Positions 9,825-18,598 of a DNA stretch of 64,000 bases are shown in pieces. Source of the stretch: a virus; the IMG/VR virus record IMGVR_UViG_3300009094_001034, positions 33,174 through 97,173 of that record. The stretch is one strand, 5' to 3'. The first letter of the stretch is position 1. Every line of letters starts with the position of its first letter. The translations under genes were made by a program, and so were the position numbers. The notes beneath the pieces are model-generated. The model had not been told where the DNA came from. It did no database searches and saw only the letters and a list, made by a program, of their open reading frames with translations.

Positions 9825-10453
9825 CACCCCCGGTTGATAGAGAACGTGCTCACGTCGGCAACGTTCGTGGCGATGGCTGCGAGCGCCGCAGTCACACGGG
9901 CGCGGCAGGCGTCGCGAAGGTCGGCCCAACGCTTCGACTCGTTGCCACGCGTCACGCTGTCGGGACCAACGCTGAAGTCGAACTTGCCGGCGGCATCCGT
10001 CGATCGGCGATTGAAGGCCCGCTCGGATGCGGCGTCGAGTGCAAGCGGAATCCACTCGTTCGGGAGCGCCGTGATGACCCACGTCCCCCCGTAGTAGTTC
10101 GTCCATGTTGCGTTCGCCGTGGGCGCGGAGAGGAGCTTTAGCGTGCGGCCGTAGATAGAGAAGTGATCACCGATGAAGTAGTACGCGCCGGCGGCGTCTT
10201 CGAGGCGGTAGGACGGATAGCCCACAGCATCCACGTCGATCGAGGTCGACGTGATCCAGTCGGCGGGGAGCGCGTAGTTCTTCGTTCCCGAAAGCGCGCT
10301 CAGGCTCGTCGACGTGGCCATCGGGGCAACGGCGGAAATGCGGGCCAGCGCATCATCGCGCCACTGGTCATAGAGCTCGTTCGCGTAGACGGCGGTCACT
10401 CCGTCATCGCTCGCCTCGCGGCGCTGCCGTGTGCGGAAGTCTGCTTCGGTCAC
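9824..10453 (-). CDS. Head-tail adaptor protein
   Basis: GTKNYALPADW motif; position in the neck module. Confidence 0.6.
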   Translation of the reverse strand: MTEADFRTRQRREASDDGVTAVYANELYDQWRDDALARISAVAPMATSTSLSALSGTKNYALPADWITSTSIDVDAVGYPSYRLEDAAGAYYFIGDHFSIYGRTLKLLSAPTANATWTNYYGGTWVITALPNEWIPLALDAASERAFNRRSTDAAGKFDFSVGPDSVTRGNESKRWADLRDACRARVTAALAAIATNVADVSTFSINRG

Positions 10454-10462
10454 GGTGGTGGG

Positions 10463-11242
10463 TTACGCGGTCGGTTCGATCGCGATGCGAGAGCAGTAGA
10501 TCTCTTTCGCGACGTTCTCTTGGGTGGCGATCTGGATTGGGGCGCCAAGCGTGGCGGTCATCGACGGAAGATTCGTGGTGTTCGTCGCCGCGAGCACGTC
10601 GTTGATGTAGCACTTGATGTCGTCCGCGGTCGGGACGATCTTCACCTCGTATCGCGTACTCACGGCAATCGCGACAGCAGTCGTTGTGACGGTCTGCGTT
10701 GCCGCGTCCGATGTGACGAAGCGCCAGAAGGCTGTCCCGTCGACGGCGGTCGAGTAGCGGAGCATTGCCGCATTCAGGGTCGACACGCCAAGGTCATCCG
10801 ACGCCATCAGCGTAGTCATCTCTCCGGAGGTCGCAGCACCGACGCCCGCGTAGATGCGGCATGAGGCGAGCGAAGATCCGGTCTTGAAAACCATGTAAAC
10901 CGTCTCCGTGTTTCGGAGGTTGCAGCAACCCTGCGACGGCGACCAACCGCCACGCGCTGCGGTCGTCGCAGCTGAGGTGTATCTCACGTAGTGACTCGTG
11001 GCATCCGGACTCACGAGGGCGGTACCCGTTGCCGTGACGGAGATCCCAAGGCCTTGGGATCCGACCGCCGTCGCCTGGAACGTAAATGGCGCGAGCTTCA
11101 TGTAGTCGACGCCGGCACTCGTGATGCCGAGGTTGTCGCGCGCGTCTTCTGCGGTTGTTGCGCCCGTGCCGCCGTCTTCGACGGCAACCGGAAGATCGAC
11201 GCCTCCGCCTCCGCCCGAGCCGTAGTCTTGGATATTCAGCAT
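10463..11242 (-). CDS. Hypothetical virion protein (beta-rich, possible head fibre)
   Basis: GGTGATTAEDARDNLG fibre-type motif followed by a beta-rich domain. Confidence 0.55.
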   Translation of the reverse strand: MLNIQDYGSGGGGGVDLPVAVEDGGTGATTAEDARDNLGITSAGVDYMKLAPFTFQATAVGSQGLGISVTATGTALVSPDATSHYVRYTSAATTAARGGWSPSQGCCNLRNTETVYMVFKTGSSLASCRIYAGVGAATSGEMTTLMASDDLGVSTLNAAMLRYSTAVDGTAFWRFVTSDAATQTVTTTAVAIAVSTRYEVKIVPTADDIKCYINDVLAATNTTNLPSMTATLGAPIQIATQENVAKEIYCSRIAIEPTA

Positions 11243-11245
11243 GGG

Positions 11246-11638
11246 TTAGCCGGCGTTACCTTCGGACGTCGAGACCGCAAGCGAGCACGCCGTGAGCGTC
11301 CCGGTTCCCTTCGCGCGCACGCGGATCTTCGCGTTCGCGACGTCGAGGAGGATGCTGGTCGCAGTCGCACTCGTGCCCCAGTCGGCAGGCAGGAAGATGA
11401 ACACCGCAGGGTAGAGCGCGACGGAGCCCTCCGTCGCCTTTACGGTGCTGTAGGGGCGCCAGGTGCCGTCCGGTGACGCGAGATCCACCATAACCTCCAT
11501 CGACGTGAGGCTGGCGAGCGTGAAATCGAGGTCGAGGCTAACGCGCGCGGAGTTACCGATCTGCGCGTCCCCAGACGCCACGTAGCTCGTCGTCAGGATC
11601 GCGGCTGCACGGAGGACTGTTGGGGAGTCGGTGAGCAT
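11246..11638 (-). CDS. Hypothetical virion protein
   Basis: Co-oriented 130-aa ORF in the structural operon. Confidence 0.55.
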   Translation of the reverse strand: MLTDSPTVLRAAAILTTSYVASGDAQIGNSARVSLDLDFTLASLTSMEVMVDLASPDGTWRPYSTVKATEGSVALYPAVFIFLPADWGTSATATSILLDVANAKIRVRAKGTGTLTACSLAVSTSEGNAG

Positions 11639-11694
11639 GGAGGCGGGTCAGGGCTGTGTGCCCTGACGATGCGGTCGTGTGCGAGAGGCGGTCA

Positions 11695-11734
11695 AACCAA
11701 AGAGACACCCTGTTTGCAGGGTGTCTCTTTGGTT
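11695..11734. terminator. Intrinsic terminator-like hairpin, possibly bidirectional
   Basis: 18-bp perfect stem AACCAAAGAGACACCCTG-tttg-CAGGGTGTCTCTTTGGTT. Confidence 0.75.
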
Positions 11735-11746
11735 GTGTGTTTGAGA

Positions 11747-12382
11747 CTACGGAGTCTCCAAGTCCACGATGCGCGCGGTGAGTTCCGCGAGCACCGCCTG
11801 AACATCGGTCCCAACGACGGTCGAGATCGCGCCGGTCGAGATCGCCGAGGCGGCGTGCGCGGCCGAGGCATCGCTGGTGTGCGCCGTTACGAGGGTTGCG
11901 GCATCGGTCGCGACTTCCTCAACTGCCGCTTGCACCGTCGACGCTGCGATAGTTCCAGCGGGAGTGAAAGCAATCGCGGTCGCGGCATGTGCGGCATCAG
12001 CGTCACCCGTGTGGTTCGTGACGAGGGTTGCGGCATCGGTCGCAACCTCTTCCACCGCTGCCTGCACGGTCGAGGCGGCGATGGTTCCGGCCGGCGTGAA
12101 GGCCACGGTGGCGGCGGTCTGCGCACCGAAGGCGAGGACTTCCTTCCAGTCTCCGTTCACGGACGGAGTGTTGGTGGCGAGGATGTAAGTCTTCCCCGTG
12201 TCGCTCTGGATGGCGACGTCGCCCTTTCGAGCGGAGCTCAACGCGAGACGCGCAGCCTGGTTCGCGACGACGTTCACGTCGGTGATGGCGAGATCGACGT
12301 CATAGGTTGCGACCGGCTGGCCGTTCGCGTCCGTGGTGATGTACTTGTTCGCGGCCTGTACCGGAGGGAGAGGAAGGGACAT
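11747..12382 (-). CDS. Head decoration/fibre-like protein with 44-aa internal repeats
   Basis: (V/I)AFTPAGTIAASTVQAAVEEVATDAATLVT occurs twice plus a degenerate third copy; 132-bp DNA period (11891 vs 12023). Confidence 0.65.
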   Translation of the reverse strand: MSLPLPPVQAANKYITTDANGQPVATYDVDLAITDVNVVANQAARLALSSARKGDVAIQSDTGKTYILATNTPSVNGDWKEVLAFGAQTAATVAFTPAGTIAASTVQAAVEEVATDAATLVTNHTGDADAAHAATAIAFTPAGTIAASTVQAAVEEVATDAATLVTAHTSDASAAHAASAISTGAISTVVGTDVQAVLAELTARIVDLETP

Positions 12383-12446
12383 GAGAGTGGTTGTGAACGA
12401 AGGGGGAGGGATGTGTCTCGACGCTACGGTCGCTCGTACGGGGCGG

Positions 12447-12677
12447 TCAATTCAGCGCGAGTCGAACAACGTTCTTCATGCGCTTCTGCACTTCGACGTA
12501 CTGCTGAATCTCGGAGTTGAGATACGTGGAGAGAAGTTCGGCGAACTGCTCGGGCGACAGGGCGAAGGAGAACAAGACACGCTCGCGGCCCGTGGTCGTG
12601 TCGACGCGATGCGTGAATCGATGGCGCAGGTGCACGAGGTACGCAGCGAAGTTCGTGTCTGAGGTTGTGGATGTCAT
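12447..12677 (-). CDS. Small hypothetical protein (possibly DUF5659-like)
   Basis: TSDTNFAAYL...VLFSF pattern; ATG at 12677 overlaps the upstream stop. Confidence 0.45.
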   Translation of the reverse strand: MTSTTSDTNFAAYLVHLRHRFTHRVDTTTGRERVLFSFALSPEQFAELLSTYLNSEIQQYVEVQKRMKNVVRLALN

Positions 12678-13006
12678 TGCATGCGGACAGGAACGTGCTG
12701 GGCGCGGTCGATGCCGATGGCGTGACGTTCGTCGTAGCGGCGGCTGAAGGTGAGCTTCGCGTCGTTGATGCTTCGACGCCAGTCGAGCCGATGGAGAATG
12801 AGACGGAGCCACTCACCGGGCCCCTCTTGGAACTCCGCGAATTCTGAGACCGCGGCGAGCTTCAGTCGAAGGTCGGTCGTGAGCCGGTATTTGATCCAGT
12901 AAGCGCGCTTTGAGTGGTTGCGCGAGTCGCGGTCCGCTTCAAGGGAAAGCAGCGGATCGATGGTCTGCAGGTAGCGTGTGTATGCCGCGGTGATGGAATC
13001 ATGCAT
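12674..13006 (-). CDS. Hypothetical protein
   Basis: Co-oriented 110-aa ORF. Confidence 0.5.
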   Translation of the reverse strand: MHDSITAAYTRYLQTIDPLLSLEADRDSRNHSKRAYWIKYRLTTDLRLKLAAVSEFAEFQEGPGEWLRLILHRLDWRRSINDAKLTFSRRYDERHAIGIDRAQHVPVRMQ

Positions 13007-13039
13007 GTGAATTGAGAGGTACGCGAAAAGGGGAGAGCC

Positions 13040-13345
13040 TTAGCGGCCCTTCCCCTGGTTCGCAGACTTTGGCTTGGGAAGCGGTTTCGGCTTCGGCTTC
13101 TGGACGGGCCTTTCCTCGGGGTCGAGGGCGTTAAGAGGCGTTTCCTCGGCCGGCGCATCCGCTTGGACCTGTTCGACAGGCGCCTCATCGATCACGTCAT
13201 GCGGATCGCGGGGCGGTTTCTCGGAGGTGACGGCGAACGTCCAGCGGTCGGCGGGGTCCGCCTTCGTGGTGAGGTGCGCGACCTCCTTCTCGTTGAACCA
13301 GCGTTCGCGGGTGCCGTCTGGGGAGCGCAGCTTCGTATCTGCCAT
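13040..13345 (-). CDS. Hypothetical protein downstream of the coat gene
   Basis: Co-oriented ORF with a Pro/Lys-rich tail. Confidence 0.55.
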   Translation of the reverse strand: MADTKLRSPDGTRERWFNEKEVAHLTTKADPADRWTFAVTSEKPPRDPHDVIDEAPVEQVQADAPAEETPLNALDPEERPVQKPKPKPLPKPKSANQGKGR

Positions 13346-13420
13346 AGGAAATGGGGTGAAAGTTACGAGTACGCGCAGAGGGGAAGTCTCCTTCCCCTCC
13401 GGCGTGTACCAGGAACCTTG

Positions 13421-14326
13421 TTAGGCGCCGCGTACCGGGAGTCCGAGCGTCGGACGAACGCACTTCACCCCGTAGAGCACGTCGTAGGTCTGAAGGACCG
13501 CGAGGTCCTTCTGCGACCAGGACGAGGTGTAGCGGATGCCGAGCTTGCCCTGCGGGTCGTAGGCGACGGCGCTCTTCACCGCGCCGCCGAAGTCGGCGGA
13601 CGGGTCGTAGAGCGCGGCCGACGCCAGCGCGAGCGCGTCCGGATGCATGGCGATGTTGTTGTCGCCACCGCCCGCGCGGGAGATGTTCTGATCCATGTAG
13701 ATCGTGAAGCCGAGCAGGTTGGTCAGCTTCGCGTCCTGGATCGCCGAGGTCGAACCGATGGTGTTCGCCTGGATGAACAGCGACTGCGACAGGAAGTCGC
13801 TCTCGGTCTGGGTGCCGACGATCATCACGAGGCCATTCGGCGCCTTGGCGTCCTTCAGGCGCTTCCCCGCGAGGCGGATGGAAGCCGGATCGGCAGCGGT
13901 ACCGAGGGTACCAACGGCGGTGCCGGTGAAGTTCGCAGACTCAGCGACGAGGTCGTCGTCGATCTGGTCGGCCAGCGCCTTCATCGCGCTGTCGGCGAAC
14001 ATCTGCATGTCGTCGTCGATCATGAGCGTCTTCGCGACGTCCTCGACGCCCGTGGAAGCCTCGTAGTGCTTGTCGAGCGTGATGGTGGTGTTCGCGTAGC
14101 TCGGAGCCTGGAGGGTGATTTCCGTCTGAACCGCCTTCGCGTTCACGGAGACCGTGAGCGGGTTGAGGATGTTCACGCGGTCGCCCTTCTTCTTGAACTC
14201 CTTCTCCCACGTGCGGTTGACGATGCCGGGGAGCACGACATGGTTGGAGAGAGCCTCAAGGCCCTTGTTCGCGTAGATCTGCGGGATATTCGCCGCAGCG
14301 GTGGTTTTAGAAACGATTGTTGCCAT
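13421..14326 (-). CDS. Major capsid protein (P22 coat-like, HK97 fold)
   Basis: IPQIYANKGL, KKGDRVNI, ITLDKHY, ALADQIDDDL, MHPDALALAS and YDVLYGVKCVRP are hallmark P22-coat-family motifs. Confidence 0.9.
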   Translation of the reverse strand: MATIVSKTTAAANIPQIYANKGLEALSNHVVLPGIVNRTWEKEFKKKGDRVNILNPLTVSVNAKAVQTEITLQAPSYANTTITLDKHYEASTGVEDVAKTLMIDDDMQMFADSAMKALADQIDDDLVAESANFTGTAVGTLGTAADPASIRLAGKRLKDAKAPNGLVMIVGTQTESDFLSQSLFIQANTIGSTSAIQDAKLTNLLGFTIYMDQNISRAGGGDNNIAMHPDALALASAALYDPSADFGGAVKSAVAYDPQGKLGIRYTSSWSQKDLAVLQTYDVLYGVKCVRPTLGLPVRGA

Positions 14327-14358
14327 GGGTGGCGTTGGGGGTTGTTAGCCCAGAGGTG

Positions 14359-15150
14359 TTAGCCGCCGCTTACTTGCCTGTCGATGGCCTCCTTGTGCTT
14401 CTTGTAGAACGCGTAGTCGGCGATCTGCTCGGCAGTGAACGTCTGTCCGCTCGTACCCGTACCAGGGCTCCCGCTCGAGCCAGCGCCGGACTTGCCGGCG
14501 TACTTGCTCTTGGAGAGGTAGTCGCGCGTGGAGAGGAACTCTTGGGCCTTGGATTGGAGGGGGGTGTCGGTGTCTCCGTCGATGACCACGTTCATCGTGG
14601 TCGGATCGAGCGTGACTTTGTGTGCGTTTTTGAAGAGCTGTACGGCTGCCTCGGGGTCCACCGCATCAGCAGCGAACAGCGCAAGGAGTGCGTTGTCGAT
14701 CTTCGTGAGCTCGAGCTGCTTGCGCCAGCTGTCGCGCTCCTGTTCGGCGGCGGCCTTCGCCTCCTCGAACTTCTTGCGGTCAGCTTCAGCGCGCTCGCGA
14801 TCGAGAGCGATGATCTTCTCGAACTCGCCCTTCTCTTCGAGGCGCTTGCGCTCCTTCTCCTCCTGTTCCTTCGTCGCGGCATCTTCCTTATCGCGGTAGG
14901 TCTTGAGGAGAGCGTCACGCTCTTCGACGAGCTTCTGTGCAGCCTGGATCTCTGCCGAGGTCCGCTCCTTCACCTTCCCGAGCTTTTCGCTGAGGATCTT
15001 TTCGAGCGCGGCTTGCTGCTCGGGCGTGAACGTGACATCGGGCTTCTCCGGTTTTACGCCATCCGTGGGCGCCTGCGTTGGGTCCGCTGCAGGGGGCGTA
15101 GTCGAAGGATCGGTGTCCTTCGGGTCCGTAGTTGAAGGCTCGTCAGCCAT
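14359..15150 (-). CDS. Capsid scaffolding protein
   Basis: Acidic/Pro-rich N-terminus, TFTPEQQ, long coiled coil and GAGSSG C-terminal linker, directly upstream of the capsid gene. Confidence 0.8.
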   Translation of the reverse strand: MADEPSTTDPKDTDPSTTPPAADPTQAPTDGVKPEKPDVTFTPEQQAALEKILSEKLGKVKERTSAEIQAAQKLVEERDALLKTYRDKEDAATKEQEEKERKRLEEKGEFEKIIALDRERAEADRKKFEEAKAAAEQERDSWRKQLELTKIDNALLALFAADAVDPEAAVQLFKNAHKVTLDPTTMNVVIDGDTDTPLQSKAQEFLSTRDYLSKSKYAGKSGAGSSGSPGTGTSGQTFTAEQIADYAFYKKHKEAIDRQVSGG

Positions 15151-15266
15151 AGTTGTGGGGTGGGATGAAATGCCGATTAACGTCCGTCGACGCGCATGAG
15201 GTGCCTGCCGTGCGAGCAGTTTTGTACGCTAGTTTCATTCGCGCCTTTGCAGGCAGCGAGGCCGGG

Positions 15267-15941
15267 TTATGAAGGTGCGCGACGCTTCTTCTTCGTGTTC
15301 GTCTTCTTCACTTCACGAGTAGGTGCGTGCGCCGTCAACACCTTCACCGTATGTGTCACCTGGATCTCGGTGATGAGCGACGGGATGCCGATGTGCGTAG
15401 CGAGGCCGTGGCGGATCGCGTCGTGCGCATCGAGGTACAGGTCGGCGTGCTTGTTCTTGTCCACGAGCTCTTCAAAGTAATCCTTGGGCTTCCCACACTG
15501 CACCGCCATGCGCTCGAAGACGAGTTCCTGCAGACGTTCCGTCTCCTTCACATCCGCCTTTAGGTCTTCGTTCTTCCCGCCGATAAAGGACGACACCTCA
15601 TGCACCATGAGCGTCCCTGACGGCGCGATGTAGCGCTGTTGCCCCCCCGTAAAGAGGATGGCGCCGCAACTCATCGCCTTGCTCTCAACCACGGTGACAA
15701 CTGGGACCGAGGCCGCGTCGATTATGGCGAGCATCCCAAGCAACGCGTAGGCGTCACCTCCGAAGGAGTCGACCACGATAGGAATGACTGGCTGGCCTGT
15801 CTCATGGGCGCGCGCCATGTCCTCGCTGAACTTGCCGAGACCGTCCTCATCGAACTCTGTCACCGTCACGACCACGGGTCGCAGGATGTGCTTCTCAATC
15901 AGCGGACCAACGCCGGGACCGAGCTTCAGATGCGCGTTCAT
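15267..15941 (-). CDS. ClpP-family serine protease
   Basis: DSFGGD, AMSCGA (catalytic Ser), LMVHE (His) and DLYLDAHDAIRHGL. Confidence 0.88.
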   Translation of the reverse strand: MNAHLKLGPGVGPLIEKHILRPVVVTVTEFDEDGLGKFSEDMARAHETGQPVIPIVVDSFGGDAYALLGMLAIIDAASVPVVTVVESKAMSCGAILFTGGQQRYIAPSGTLMVHEVSSFIGGKNEDLKADVKETERLQELVFERMAVQCGKPKDYFEELVDKNKHADLYLDAHDAIRHGLATHIGIPSLITEIQVTHTVKVLTAHAPTREVKKTNTKKKRRAPS

Positions 15942-16231
15942 TTCGTGGGCTTGGGTGATGCCTTCGCGATCTCTTCCAGGAGCGATTTTGTGCGCTGCGG
16001 CGATCCACCGATCACCTGCGCTACGTTCACAAAGACACTCGACAACAGCGCGTCCACGAAGCGCTTGTAGTTCTCCTCACGGACAAGCGACTGGCGATGC
16101 TCGCGCGTCATCGTCCCGGCTCGGGCATCAACGGCGCTCAGGATCGACGAAAGGGCTCGGAGCGTGGCGATATCGCGGCGGCGCTTGAACATGAGGAATG
16201 GTGGTGAATGCAGTTGGAACGTGCTGGCCAT
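15938..16231 (-). CDS. Hypothetical protein
   Basis: Co-oriented ORF overlapping the ClpP start. Confidence 0.45.
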   Translation of the reverse strand: MASTFQLHSPPFLMFKRRRDIATLRALSSILSAVDARAGTMTREHRQSLVREENYKRFVDALLSSVFVNVAQVIGGSPQRTKSLLEEIAKASPKPTK

Positions 16232-16243
16232 TGAACGGAGGCG

Positions 16244-17050
16244 TCAAGCCGCCTGTTCGTAGCTCTCGACGTCGAGCCAGCAGCGGCAATTCGGTTCTGA
16301 AAGCGCGGCGTGCGCTTCGGAGATCGGGCGCACGTCGACGTCGTCTGCGAGCACGTCTTCCGCGAACTCCTCGCCTTCCAGATCGGCGTGCTCATCGCGC
16401 ACCCTGTCATCGCCCTGCGTGTGGTACGAGAAGACCGTCACGACCCCCGCTTCCTTCCGAAGCCGATAGGCCGTCTCCTCGGCGACGAGCCCATTCAGTC
16501 GCGTGAGTTCGGATTGCACGAGCCGTTTGGCTGCGTACGAAGGTCCCGCGCTGCCATCCACGGCACCGACGTAGTAGCGCTCGATCGCCGCGGCGATCTT
16601 GTCGACTTTCTCGCCTTTGCGGAGGCCCTGCAAAAGACGAATGCGTGCGGCCGAGCGCTGCGCTCCGCCGAGGAGCGTGATGCGGTCGCCGACGTTCTTT
16701 CCGGCGACGATCGCGCGTGATGCCTGCTTCGTCGCACGCTCTACGGCGGCCTTGCTGAAGAGCGGCCGGCCGGAGCGAGTCTGGTGATACCGCATCGTGA
16801 TCGAGGCGATGTCGCGCGAGCCAGCAGTCATCGTCCGGGCGAGGCCGGAGCGCTGCATCGCCAGCGAGCCATCCACCACGCGCATGGCGGTCGTCAGGTC
16901 GCGGATCGACTTCGGATCCAGTTCTACGAGCGCATCGACGATCTGCTTCGATGAGGCGGAGACGGTGCGAACCGCGGCCTTCTCGTGCGTCGTGTAGGCG
17001 CGCAGGAGCTGCAGGCGGTAGCGCGCCGCAGTCGGGGTGAGGCTCGCCAT
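16244..17050 (-). CDS. Minor head morphogenesis protein (MuF / SPP1 gp7-like)
   Basis: AKRLVQSELTR, TQGDDRVRDEHADLEG and PNCRC motifs; follows the portal gene. Confidence 0.85.
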   Translation of the reverse strand: MASLTPTAARYRLQLLRAYTTHEKAAVRTVSASSKQIVDALVELDPKSIRDLTTAMRVVDGSLAMQRSGLARTMTAGSRDIASITMRYHQTRSGRPLFSKAAVERATKQASRAIVAGKNVGDRITLLGGAQRSAARIRLLQGLRKGEKVDKIAAAIERYYVGAVDGSAGPSYAAKRLVQSELTRLNGLVAEETAYRLRKEAGVVTVFSYHTQGDDRVRDEHADLEGEEFAEDVLADDVDVRPISEAHAALSEPNCRCWLDVESYEQAA

Positions 17051-17056
17051 GCGGCG

Positions 17057-18541
17057 TTAGGGTGTTGCGTCTGCGTTCGCCGCGACTCCCGCCTGCTCTT
17101 CCGCAAGACGCTTCTCCACTTCCATCGCGAGCGCGTCTTCGGATGGCGCGGCGTCGATCTCCTCCTCGATCGTATTCTTCGTCGCGTCGTCCAACTTCGG
17201 GAAGGCTTCTTCGACGACGCGCTTCTTCACGAGACGGTTTGCCGTGGGCGAGACATTCACCTGCAGGAGCGCCATGGCCTCGTCGAGCATGTCGGCGAGC
17301 GTGGCGACGTTGAAGTCGGTCGGGTAGGAAACGGTCACGGGGAGATCTTCGTCAGACTTCCCCTGCCACTTATAGAAGAGGCGGATGATCTTCTTCTCGC
17401 CGTCCTCAAGGTTCTTCGCGATCTTCGCGAACGTGCTGTTCGACTCATGGAACTCGTACGCGCGAGCGACGCCGGAGGCCTCGCCGCTGTTCTGCTTGCG
17501 GTCCTGCAGCTTCGCGAGTTCGATGAACTCCCGCTTTGCGTCCTCGATCCGCTTCATGAGGACTTCGGCTGGATCGGACGGGGGCGTGATGTAGGACGGC
17601 GGGTTCGTGCCGGCCGGGTAGCGGATGCCCTTGCTGGTGCCGAGCGTCGTCGCGACGCGGGTGGCCGAATCGGGCTTGCCCGGAACACCACTCTTCTCAC
17701 CCACCGGGATTGCGAGGATGTTGAAGCCTTGGCGGTAGAGCGCCTCGTCGAGCACCGAGTGGTAGTTGTAGATGGCCTGGGCGAGTGGTGCCGTGTCCGA
17801 GATGACCGCCTGTCCGACGTCCATATGGCGCAGGTGTTCCTGGATCGGGGTGAAGACTGCGGGGACTTCTTTCAGGTCGTGCTTCCCGGCGTCGAGTTCG
17901 CGGCCCTCTGCGTCGTGGACGTACCACTCGTCGCGCGTCCAGGTGCGATAGATCGACGACGCCTCTTTCCGCTCGCCGTCCCACGTCGACTCATCCGGCG
18001 CGTCTTCTTCGACGCGAAGCCATCGATAGTTGCCATCGCCGTCGATCGCCCAGTCCTTCACTTCAAGCGGCGTGTAGACGCAGACGTACGGACGGATGCC
18101 GAGTTCCTTGTCATCGCGGCGAGTCTTCGAGTTCGTCGACTGTCGCGGCAGGTCGACGATGGAGACGGTGTGTCCCATCACCATCCCGAACTTGCCCACC
18201 TGATCCGACATCACCTGTGACAGGGGCGTTCCTTTCCGGTCGGCGTTCTTTTCGAAGTCGAGGAACTCCGGGTCCTTCGAGATACGCGCGATCTCGTCTT
18301 TGAAGATGAAGGCGGCGTAGATATCGACCTGCTTCTTCACGAGGTTCAGATACGTCGCGCGGCGCAGACGCTCGGTGTAGTCGTCATCCGTTTCGCGCGG
18401 GTGACGGAACAGGTAGTCCTCTTTGCCGGCGAATGCCGAGCCGCCTTCGTAAGAGTCGGCGTAGAACTCCCAGTCGGACTCGAACTTCGCGTACGTGGGG
18501 TGCGTCAGCTTCAGGCGATCGGCGAGGCTCGTCTCGGGCAT
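17057..18541 (-). CDS. Portal protein
   Basis: HPTY...W..Y..SYEGG, RHPRETDDDYTERLRRATYLN, RPYVCVYTPLEVKDW and SGVARAYEF. Confidence 0.88.
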   Translation of the reverse strand: MPETSLADRLKLTHPTYAKFESDWEFYADSYEGGSAFAGKEDYLFRHPRETDDDYTERLRRATYLNLVKKQVDIYAAFIFKDEIARISKDPEFLDFEKNADRKGTPLSQVMSDQVGKFGMVMGHTVSIVDLPRQSTNSKTRRDDKELGIRPYVCVYTPLEVKDWAIDGDGNYRWLRVEEDAPDESTWDGERKEASSIYRTWTRDEWYVHDAEGRELDAGKHDLKEVPAVFTPIQEHLRHMDVGQAVISDTAPLAQAIYNYHSVLDEALYRQGFNILAIPVGEKSGVPGKPDSATRVATTLGTSKGIRYPAGTNPPSYITPPSDPAEVLMKRIEDAKREFIELAKLQDRKQNSGEASGVARAYEFHESNSTFAKIAKNLEDGEKKIIRLFYKWQGKSDEDLPVTVSYPTDFNVATLADMLDEAMALLQVNVSPTANRLVKKRVVEEAFPKLDDATKNTIEEEIDAAPSEDALAMEVEKRLAEEQAGVAANADATP

Positions 18542-18598
18542 GCAGTGTCGGGGAAGTCAAACAAACCGTAGAGGCGCGATGGGCGCGCCGACAAGCCG

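Noticed and set aside
11880-12110. 132-bp periodic repeats as a CRISPR-like or non-coding array
   Set aside because: They are in-frame 44-aa protein repeats with synonymous variation and no spacers.
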